Assembly: GCA_040285825.1 (NCBI GenBank)
Contig: JAUPSS010000002.1
Coordinates: 1,798,001 to 1,862,000, forward strand
DNA length: 64,000 nucleotides
Direction: 5' to 3'
Source: Eukaryota sp. TZLM1-RC
Taxonomy: Eukaryota > Protista > Metamonada: BaSk clade
Shown: positions 13,880 through 23,290 of the stretch, piece after piece
Position numbering within the stretch: the stretch's first letter is position 1
Layout of the letters: every line of letters begins with the position of its first letter
Notes under the pieces: model-generated
Databases searched by the model: none
Seen by the model: the letters and a program-made list of their open reading frames with translations, nothing else
Told to the model about the DNA's origin: nothing
Translations under genes and position numbers: made by a program

Positions 13880-15706
13880 ATGCAGTCATGGGCACGTGCC
13901 TGCTCCCTCCATCAGTTCTTTGAGCGGCCAGTGTGTGATTACATTGATGGACAGTTGACCAAGGTGACCACCATGGCTCACCTCGGCAGTTTGCTGGCCA
14001 GAGTTTTTGCTGTGCGCTTCCCTGAAGACAGTCATTTCCTGACTCAGCATCAATTCTGGATCCAGTGTCTTGACTTTGTGGCGGTCTCTAAGCCAAAAGT
14101 CAGACATCCATTTAACAGACCTGGCAAAGGCCATGTGTATGAGAAGCTCGAGCGAATCTCTACATCATGGCCGTTTGCTGTCTTGTTCTTGTCAAGAACA
14201 GGTCGTAATCATGCACTACCCACTAGTAGGACTCTACAACAACTAGTGGATGCAAAGTGCCGCCAGCTGCAAGGCAACTACCAGCAGCTTCTTGCTGATG
14301 GACTTGTGTCGTGGAAGCTTAACTTCCTCCGCTCGTATGCGGTAGGTTATAACTGCCCTGCACCAGCCACTTATGCTGGTTCTGTTCTTCACAACAGCAC
14401 GAACTTTCGTGAACCTCTTCTTTCTTGGTTCAACACTCACCATACCATGGCTCTTACTCTGTTTAACTATTTGGTTGGTGATCCTCAAAGGTACAACACT
14501 CTTCTTTAGGGAAGAGTGATCCTTAATCAAGAGAACAGTACCTACATCTTTCGTTGCGGCTTAACAATCCAAAACTACCTGGAGCAAGCCTTTCCATATA
14601 CCTTTAGACGACATAGACTCACTCCCATCGCTAGTTTGAAGCCTGCTTTTGTCCCCTTTTCCACATGGGTTCTCAACCATTTTATCTCCAAAAACACATC
14701 ACAAACAATTTTGAAAAACCCTTATTTATTTTTTAAAACAAAAGCTAATGACTACACCATGTCTTCTAATGGTGATAGTGTCCGTATAACTTTCAAACCG
14801 CACCCCAAAGCAACACGAGTGAGATTGTCTGGAGAAGCCTTGAATAATAAGAGATCCAGAGGGGAACTTGACTACTACGAAACCACTCGGAATAGAAAAC
14901 ATACATTGCAAGCCAAGGTTGAACGGCCAAGACCTCACCAGAAACCAAAAGCTACTGAGTGGCAGGCACCTGATGACCAAACGGAAATGGTGTTCTGGGC
15001 CATCGAACCCAACCACTCAAATCTATGTGGTTCCAGCATTGGAACACGTTCAGGGCCGACCGTATCCAATATCTTCTTGGCACCAAAGCAACGAAAAATC
15101 AATCACTCCGCTTCACTGACCCACTCATCAATAGATGTTTATGACGTGCAGAAATTGAACCATTATCTGCTTGAAATATCAACTATCGGTGACTATAAGG
15201 ACTATGAAGGTAATAACGTAAGACGATCATTGCTAAAGCAGCAATTATATCTGAGTGCTCGAAAAGCATTGAGGAGAAACACATTTGACTTCTTTATAAG
15301 AAAACAGAAAAGATTCAGCTCCATTATCAACAAAGTGAAAAAATTTGCAAACGGTCGAGAAGTAAAGGTGTGGTTTGGCAATGGAGGTGGTGGTCCATCA
15401 CGTCAAAAAGTGAAAACACCACGCAAGGCGTTTCTCAAGTTGTTACAATGTTCATTTGCCAATGTGAAGATCGGAGATGAATATATGACATCTGCAAAGG
15501 TGAACTGCTGCAAGATACTACATCAAAAGATCTATAGAGAAGTTGATGGTGAAGTTAAAGTTCACAACGCCTATTTCAGTTGTCCGGAATGTAATCAAGT
15601 ATGGTCTAGAGACATTTCTGCATCACTAAATCAGCTAGAAATTGCAGTTAGTGAGCACTACTATGGAACAAGACCAGAAGCGTTCCAGAGACCACAAAGA
15701 AACTAG
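13880..15706 (+). CDS. Fanzor1-like (TnpB/Cas12-related) RNA-guided RuvC protein; one in-frame TAG at 14507-14509; altered RuvC-I
   Basis: ORFs 13631-14509 and 14516-15706 are in the same frame; ATG at 13880 (MQSWARACSL). Fanzor1-like motif order: RLTP..FVPF, SNGDSVRITF, WAIEPN (RuvC-I), RRNTFDFFIRKQK, VWFGNGGG, GDEYMTS (RuvC-II Glu), CC...CPEC zinc finger, WSRDISASLN (RuvC-III), GTRPEAFQR C-terminus. Confidence 0.85.
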
Positions 15707-15880
15707 CTTCAAAGCTACGTATTGTTTTAGAGGAGAAATGGGCTCACTGAGATTGGTGGCCAATTATTCGAGGATTCTAGAACGTCTGTGGACGATCTCA
15801 CCAAGAATGAAAGTTCATGGAATAAGTTTGAATGATGCTTGACGAAAGTATGCATTTCAAATGAAAACCACAGATCTAAG
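15704..15880 (+). ncRNA. Putative Fanzor omegaRNA (scaffold to ~15861, guide-position segment ~15862-15880)
   Basis: Directly 3' of the Fanzor stop: stem TGAGATTG(15748-55)/CGATCTCA(15793-800); hairpin CCA-A-GAAT-GAAA-GTTC-A-TGG (15801-20); long hairpin TTTGAA..ATGC..AC-GAAA-GT..GCAT-TTCAAA (15827-61). Confidence 0.6.
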
Positions 15881-15900
15881 CTTTATTTTCCTCCATTGTA

Positions 15901-16230
15901 ATGGTAAAAAGCACTCTCGGAACCCCTGTCAAACTCTTACACGAATCTATTGGTTTTATAGTAACCATTGAACTTAAGAATGGTGATACTTATCGCGGAA
16001 AACTAGTTCAATGTGAAGATAACATGAATTGTCAGCTTAGCCAAATTATTCTAACTAAAAACGATGGCCAGAAGCTGGAAATTGATAATGTATACATTAG
16101 AGGTTCACAAATAACGTTTGTTGTTGTTCCAGACATGCTCAAAAACTCTCCCATGTTTATAAAGCATGAACCTGGCAGAGGAACTGGTCTCCAACGTCCA
16201 CCTGCTGCTCAATCTGTACTTCGAAGGTAG
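15901..16230 (+). CDS. SNRPD3: Small nuclear ribonucleoprotein Sm D3
   Basis: GTPVKLLHES..VTIELKNGDTYRGKL..EDNMNCQL...VYIRGSQI.F.VVPDMLKNSPMF is the SmD3 signature. Confidence 0.95.
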   Translation: MVKSTLGTPVKLLHESIGFIVTIELKNGDTYRGKLVQCEDNMNCQLSQIILTKNDGQKLEIDNVYIRGSQITFVVVPDMLKNSPMFIKHEPGRGTGLQRPPAAQSVLRR

Positions 16231-16502
16231 GAAACGAGTTCATTGCTTGTTATTCTATTTTTTGTGTGGTTAAACCTTGATTAATGTATGTTTAAATCTT
16301 TATTCTTTTGAACCATTAGACAAGTAATTATTGTGCAGAACAGTGGTGATCAGAATTTGTTTACTATCAATGGATAGGTTAAATCTATTTTAATTAAGAA
16401 ATCATGTTTCTGTTTCTCCAAAAAACTGCCAAAATTGAAAAATTTACTAAAAACAAATAAGGAAAAATATATACAAAACAATTAACATCAACTAATCATT
16501 GA

Positions 16503-17339
16503 TCAACTAGACAAACTATCCTCCATATCTGAGGGTAATTGACTTTCCAATGCATTCTCAACCAAATGAGTGCCCATTAAAACATCTACTGAAGACAAGG
16601 TATCCAATAAAACATCACTTATGTAATCTTGAAGTTTAGAAGCTAATTCACCTTGATTCTTTTCAATTGCAGCAAATGTAGAATCAATATCGTCCTGTAC
16701 AAGTCTTTCTCTCATACGCAACCTACTATCCAATTGAGAAAGAGGGACAGAATCCCCAACCACAGCATCTGAAAACATAAAAACCTTTCGCAGGGGAGGG
16801 GGTAATTTTACTTGTTCTAGTACAGGTTGAGGTACAAATGAAGGTTCACAACTACAAAGTTTCTTTAAAAAAGCATTATGAGCAAGTATTCGATCAATCT
16901 CTTCCTTGAACTGTTCGCCATCAAGGAGGGTGGAAAAATTGATCGCAAATTGAACATCATCAACTGCAAACTGGAAGAATGTACCATTTTTTGATTCAAA
17001 TGTCTGTTCGTGAGTTATAGGCACTGATAACACTAACCGGCCTGAAGCACTGTTTTTCAAAAGAAGAGAGCAAGATCTTAGCCGATCATGATGTACAAAA
17101 CACACACTTACAGGTACACGTAAGGCAGGAGCCCATTTTTTGTGAAGTATGTCAATTTTGTAAAACCCAGCAATGAAATGGACCTTTTGGCACACCCTGT
17201 CAAAACTAGGCATAGGCCACGGTTTATAAACTCTCCGTTTTTCGCGTTTACAGTGAGAGTAACGAACATCAGCCCATCGAGTATGAGTAAAGTCAAAAGT
17301 AGGCCCTATGGCAGGAGAGGGAGATGTTGTAGAAGCCAT
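16503..17339 (-). CDS. WH1/EVH1 (PH-fold) domain protein
   Basis: First ATG at 17339; KKWAP...VCFV...FFQFAVDDVQFAINFS...EQF resembles WASP-type WH1; short Pro-rich segment follows. Confidence 0.6.
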   Translation of the reverse strand: MASTTSPSPAIGPTFDFTHTRWADVRYSHCKREKRRVYKPWPMPSFDRVCQKVHFIAGFYKIDILHKKWAPALRVPVSVCFVHHDRLRSCSLLLKNSASGRLVLSVPITHEQTFESKNGTFFQFAVDDVQFAINFSTLLDGEQFKEEIDRILAHNAFLKKLCSCEPSFVPQPVLEQVKLPPPLRKVFMFSDAVVGDSVPLSQLDSRLRMRERLVQDDIDSTFAAIEKNQGELASKLQDYISDVLLDTLSSVDVLMGTHLVENALESQLPSDMEDSLSS

Positions 17340-17513
17340 TCTCAAAGATATTGTCTAAATCAATGGAAGAACTTGTTCTTGTTACAATGATTTGGTTGTG
17401 TTTTTGGAAAACAAACTCGCAATTTGATCGTAATATCATCATAGAAATTTGTAGTAAAGAATTTCACTCAACAACTTCATTAATCTTCACAATCGTGCTC
17501 CTGATACTTTATT

Positions 17514-18611
17514 ATGGCCAAAAAGCCCAAGGGAAAAAAAGGTAGAAAAGGTGGTTCAAAAGGAAAAAAAGGTAAAAAAGGAAAGAAGGGCAGCTCCAAG
17601 GTCTCAAAGGCTTCCAAGACACCTGTATATATAGATGAGAAGGGACGAGACATCAGGACGCAACTCTCAGATGTTCTGCGACAGTATCTTAAAAACTGTT
17701 TCAAACACCTTACACAACCTCACACAGAGTTCACCACTCAACTCAATGCATGTAAAGAGGCAAACCTCCCTCTTAAGTCGTTAGTTATATCGACACCACT
17801 TCCCTCAGATTCAGCTGATTCTTTATTTTCTGCACTTTCTTACTGGTCCTTCTTAGACTCACTTTCCATATGGAAATCTTGTCTTGACGATATGGGTACT
17901 TTTCACCTTTCTAATTTTCTTGCTTCGAACTGCTCTGTTTCATTGGTTGATCTTTCGTCCAATTATATTTCTCTTGGTGGCTGTGAGGCTCTCGGTGCCT
18001 GCATGAACGACCTCAACTCCACCATTAAAGAACTCATTCTTGACTATAACTCCATTTCAGACGCTGGTCTTTGCTCTCTTGTTCACCATTTGCGCATGAA
18101 TCCTAGTCTCCTACATCTTAGTCTTCGATACTGTGATATCTCTATGATTGGGGGAATAGTCATTGGAAGGGATTTACTGGGAGAACATTCCAGTTGTGTA
18201 TTGGAAAGTTTGAACCTACAGGGAAATGTTATTGGTCTTCCCGGATTGTTATCAATTGGCGATGGTTTAACTCAAAATAGAACGCTTAAAAGATTAATTC
18301 TTTCGGATACTGGGATTCCTTGTGATGTAGACGTTGTTGGTGTTTTTTGTAGGGGGGTTTTGGCTTGTGAAACCTTAACTCATGTTGATTTGTCAGCTAC
18401 GGAGCTTGGTCCCAGGTCTGGTGATTTGTTTCTGAATTTAGCGACTGAAAAAAAGAACTTAACTCATTTATCTCTTCCACATCATATTGGGAAAGTTGCT
18501 TTGAAAGGTATTGCTGATGCAGTAGGTAAGAATGCTACTGCTTCAAAGAAGGGGAAAAAAGGAAAAAAGGGAAAGAAAGGCAAGAAAGGCAAGAAAACTA
18601 AAAAGAAATGA
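17514..18611 (+). CDS. RNI-like leucine-rich repeat protein with Lys/Gly-rich termini
   Basis: Repeats LVDLSSNYI, LILDYNSI, LSLRYCDI, LNLQGNVI, LILSDTGI; (KKG)n at both ends. Confidence 0.85.
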   Translation: MAKKPKGKKGRKGGSKGKKGKKGKKGSSKVSKASKTPVYIDEKGRDIRTQLSDVLRQYLKNCFKHLTQPHTEFTTQLNACKEANLPLKSLVISTPLPSDSADSLFSALSYWSFLDSLSIWKSCLDDMGTFHLSNFLASNCSVSLVDLSSNYISLGGCEALGACMNDLNSTIKELILDYNSISDAGLCSLVHHLRMNPSLLHLSLRYCDISMIGGIVIGRDLLGEHSSCVLESLNLQGNVIGLPGLLSIGDGLTQNRTLKRLILSDTGIPCDVDVVGVFCRGVLACETLTHVDLSATELGPRSGDLFLNLATEKKNLTHLSLPHHIGKVALKGIADAVGKNATASKKGKKGKKGKKGKKGKKTKKK

Positions 18612-19258
18612 TTCTTAAAGCGTTTGAAACATTTCTTATTCTTTAATTCTTATTTTTTAAGCCGCTTTTTTTGATTTGTAATTTTTGATTTGTACTATAT
18701 TTTTATTAAGTCTTCATTTTTTTTCTCGTTTCCTATTGTTTAATTATCATAAATTGACCACTTAATTTTTACTGTTCTTCCTAAATCATACATTCAGTGT
18801 TATTTATTGATTATTATAATTATTTATTATTATGGATCACACTCACATTGTACAAATGTTCTTTGTCAGGTAAAATTGGTAGTTGCCAGTTTCAACAAGT
18901 CTACTTTTGGCAAGGAGATTAGAGACAATAAGAATCGGGTAAATGATATAGAGCAGCAGGTTTCTTATAAATTTTCTTCTGATCTGTAGTTAATGTTGTT
19001 GAAGAATTGTATTTCGGGTGGTATTATTTATTTATTCTGTTTATTTAATAAAAATAGACTTTATATGTTATTCGTTAATGACAAACAACCACCGAAGTTA
19101 CGTCAAACATCCAGAAGTACGATTGATTGAGACTAAGAGCTGTTGTATTTAAGCTACAATTGTTTAAAACAATTTTAAAGAAACAATAATGTAAGGTAGT
19201 TTTCAATAAAATGATTGTAATTGACCAAAAACATCAACAATTTATTAGAATTTCTATT

Positions 19259-20008
19259 CTACTGCTTGATAAAAGAACCTTCCGAAAACACGTAAACACT
19301 AGACTCATCAGCAGAAACAAAAAGAAGCTCAGAACAATTGGTCACTGCTACCTTGGAATACATCGCCACTTTCAACTCTCCAATCTTCTGCTTACTTACA
19401 CAATCCCACACAAAACAAGTTCCATCTTCAGAGGTAACTGCAATAAAGGAAGCGTTGGACCCGATGCAGAAGGGTGTGGAATTTGATTTGGTTTCAAATT
19501 GATGTTGAACTTCCAGTGCTCCATCTTCAAGGGTGATATCATAACAAATTCCATCACTACCCAGTGCGTAGAGGTGATTGTTGCTGTAAGATAGAGAAAC
19601 TACAGAACCAAATAGAATTGGTATAGATGTAATGTTTTTAACAGACTCTCTTGAGAAGCAACCCACCTTACCATCGCATGTACCAAAGAAAACCTGCTTG
19701 CAGCTGTGTGTAAGAGTAGTGACTGGTTTGTCCATTTCTAAGGGTGTGATCTCTCCCCCAAAAGGAAGGATCTTGACATCAGCAGAGGTTCCAACGATGA
19801 TCGCATCCTCTGCAAGCGAGAGACAGATTGGGACTGATTCGATATTCATTGGCATTGTTGGAGAAAATGTTTCCCCTGAACGCTGGTAGAGACAGACAGA
19901 TCCATCAGGGTAGCCAAAAACAGCAGAAGATGTGCTAGCATTGATAGCGCAACATGAAGGAGTCTGGTTTAGTTGTACATTTATAGGTTGAGAAGAGGAC
20001 ATGTTCAT
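19259..20008 (-). CDS. WD40-like beta-propeller protein
   Basis: GYPDGSV, GTCDGKV, GSDGICYD, SEDGTCFVWD and SADESSVYVF blade-like motifs. Confidence 0.7.
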   Translation of the reverse strand: MNMSSSQPINVQLNQTPSCCAINASTSSAVFGYPDGSVCLYQRSGETFSPTMPMNIESVPICLSLAEDAIIVGTSADVKILPFGGEITPLEMDKPVTTLTHSCKQVFFGTCDGKVGCFSRESVKNITSIPILFGSVVSLSYSNNHLYALGSDGICYDITLEDGALEVQHQFETKSNSTPFCIGSNASFIAVTSEDGTCFVWDCVSKQKIGELKVAMYSKVAVTNCSELLFVSADESSVYVFSEGSFIKQ

Positions 20009-20049
20009 AAGTTGTAACTTTGAGTAACTTTATTTCAAATTATTAATTA

Positions 20050-22740
20050 AACATGCACACTTACCAAAATAAACTCATAACTAATGGGACGAAATTCATT
20101 GAACCAAGATTTCCTCTACAAAATCTTGATCTGCTTGCTGTCTAGCTAAAACTTCTCTAATTCGATTGAAAAACCGAGGTAATCTATTAATAATGGCAAA
20201 TTGAATCCGAAAGCGCCATAAAAATATCAAATCTTTTCATTGTTCTTTCATGAACCATTTTTTGGAAATCATTCAAAAAAGTTCCTGCTTCTACTGATAG
20301 TCTTCCGTTTATAGAAAATGGGAAAGCAATAAAAACAAGTGGTCTATTTCTATCAGCATTAGCTTCTTCGATATCTTTGTCATATTTTCTATGTTTTTCT
20401 TTGGCTTTAAATTCAAGAGCATCTACAGGATTAAGTTTTTTCTCTGAACCAAAGTGTCATTTGTAACATTACAGGAGACAAAGTCAACAACAGCTTCAGA
20501 GTTCTCAATCCAATCACAGTATACATCACCTCTATCATCACAACCAAAATTATTCAATGACAATGTTTCTTTCAGCAGAGGCTTTTTAAAACACGAGATT
20601 CTTGAATTTCGTGACATATTGAAAACAGTGTTTCTAACAGCGTCATGTAATGAAGAACGATAAGTTATCAATTTCGAACAAGTCATAGCATGATGCAAAG
20701 TGAGCTGCGTTGAATTCGAACAAATTTTTCCTTAAATAATAATTGGTGAATGTGAATATTCAAATATAATGTCATTTTTGTAACAAAAGCTTCATTATTA
20801 GCACAAAGTCCAAATTTTCGTGGTACACTGGTCACAAACAGTGAAGAATCTGATAACTGATTCTCACAGACACCCTTTTCCAATAACAATGAGTGAAGAT
20901 TTTGATTTACAACAGACGAGCTGCTTATTTTTTTATAAAAATCATTTTCATTCATTCCAGTCAGTCGTTTAGGTAATGTTCGAACTTCGAAGAGTGTATT
21001 TTAAATTTATTAAATTCTTTTCGGGTATATTTTCATCAAATGATTGGGGAAAGTATCGACTCCGTTTTTATACATAGATTTTTTAAATTTCTTCATTTAA
21101 TGGACTAAGATAAGCATGAGGAATTTGGGATATTTTACATCCTATTAATTGTGACAAAACTTTTGCACGTAATTCAGTGAACTTCTGGGCTAAAGGCCTA
21201 CAGATGAGGGATTTGAAATATTTGATTCAAGTTGGAATTGAAACAAAATCTTATAACGGTAAAATTGATATGTTTCTGTACATCCAATTTTATCATTTGG
21301 TCAATTTTTTCGGAAATTTTTTTTTAACAAAATAATATTTTATTCAACAACGAATATGAAAACATAAAATACACAATTAAAACTGCACATCCTCAAAACC
21401 TGCCTCCCCTACATCAAAACAATTAATTGCCAAAGATTCAGAAAATTTTCCAAAAGAAGACAGTGAATCAGAAATCAGCTTTACCATTCCCTTAAAATTA
21501 GAAAATACAATCCTGTTTTGCCAGTAAACACGATTGAAAATTCTTCCAGTTCTTTCCTTTACAACTACAACAAAATCCTCAAGGAAAGCCATAGCAGCCG
21601 TACCCAAAGAAATCTTTCGGAAATTGAATTCAACTTATCAAACAATTTTTTGGTAACTTTATCATTATTTCCTGACAACGAACCCCAATGATGAATAGCA
21701 TCAGTTGACCATAATTTGGCTTGAATTCCAGTTCCATCAACTATCGTTCAAAGTGGAGAATCTGAATGTAAAGCACAATTAAATAAGTTAAGTCGAATGC
21801 CAATTTTGTTGAATAATTCTTTGAAACATAAAGTTGGTTCTCTGACAATCGTCAAGTCACTTATTAAAACATCATCATCCATATAAGTAATCATTTTTAA
21901 AGAAGGAAACATTGCTTGAATTTGTACTAAAAATGGATGAATGGCCAGACAAAACAAAAAAGGTTCAAAGCAATTTCCTTGCTTAACACCACTGGATGAT
22001 TTCAAAATAGAATAAGTAAAATGTAAATCACATTTTGTGCGATATGATGTTTGAAAATAGAACAACAGATTTGGTAAGTAATTCAATAAAGCACCTCAAA
22101 TACGGCACCGATGAATTGAATTACAGGAATTATCAAAAACCAACAACATACAAACATTGGATTCATTTTGATGAAATAAAACATTTGTAGCAAACACTAC
22201 AGATAAAACTCCATTAGTGGCATTTATTCCCTATTGGAACGGCAACAACTTCTTTTGTGCTTTTTCTTTGAATCTATTTAAACAGCAAGCTGAAAACTAT
22301 TGTTCAAAGTTTCAGAAACTGCAATTGGACGAACATATATTTTTAAGTTTTTCACAAGTGCAGTCAAATCCGAACATCATAATTTTTCAGGATATTTGAG
22401 CTGGCCAGATAAAACTCTATTGAAAAATTTTGTTAATAAAATTATAACGAAATTACCACAGCTTTGATATGATCTATAGAAAGACCAGAAAAACCTGCAT
22501 ATTTTCTGCGTGGTCTTTTTTTGATTACCGAAAAAACTTTTGATGCCATCAAAGGATTGCTTTCCCAATACTCTCCAATATAATTTTGACTTGTCAGTGG
22601 GTCGCCAAGTGGATGAAGGATCTTGAGTTTATCTACAGTTTCTTTACCATTGGGAGCTTTGACTCCTGGATTTAAAGTAGACAAAGCACTGGACCACTTG
22701 TTATCAAAGCATTTATCTTCAAAAATTTTGCTCAATTTTT
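20050..22740 (-). mobile_element. Decayed family C non-LTR retrotransposon, interrupted by a family A fragment
   Basis: Colinear with 4300-6830; HDAVR, DRGDV, SSSGVKQG and TYMDD fragments. Confidence 0.88.
21319..21614 (-). mobile_element. Nested ~300-bp 3' fragment of family A with poly(A) and 11-bp TSD
   Basis: ORF 21377-21607 nearly identical to 1965-2207; T-run to 21325; TTTCGGAAATT at 21308-21318 and 21615-21625. Confidence 0.9.
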
Positions 22741-23290
22741 CATTAATTAATCAATCAAATTCAATTGAAAGTTTTTCGTAATCTTTTCTTTATGGTGAAT
22801 TGGATTCAAGAACATCACAGGGAGGTAGCAACTCATTGGTGATGTCTGCTGAACCATTTTTTGAAAGTTTTTCAAGACATGTCCTGCTTCTAAAGATAGT
22901 CTTGCACTTATAGACAATGAAGAGCAATAGAAACAAGTTGTCTATTTCTTTGTCGAGATTGCTAGTACAATGAATATAATATAATATATAATATAATATA
23001 ATTCGTTGAATATTCAACGAATATTGAATAAGTGGAATGTCCCACATCGGGTAAAATAAAGAGCAAACTCAGATAAATATTGGTTGATGAACAGAACATC
23101 CAGACAAATCAAAGAGAGAAGATAAACAAGATGAGGCAAAAACATGTTTATGTTTAAAGAGATGATTCAGTTTTATTAATATTTGGATTATTGATATGGT
23201 CTAGCTGAAATGAAATCCATCTGGCTGTAGACCCCTTATTGTCTAAAGTGATCCTAAAGCAATATACCTTGAACATACCTTGAACTGACC

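Noticed and set aside
14507-14509. Genome-wide TAG reassignment explaining the Fanzor stop
   Set aside because: SmD3, DNA ligase I and the TLDc gene end at TAG at plausible C-termini, and long genes lack internal TAG
14491-14509. 19-nt intron GTACAAC...TTTAG
   Set aside because: Removal shifts the frame into an immediate TGA
15827-15880. Helitron 3' end (hairpin plus CTRR) as the Fanzor carrier
   Set aside because: CTAA is followed by G rather than T, the hairpin is not the short GC-rich type, and no matching 5' end or RepHel gene is seen
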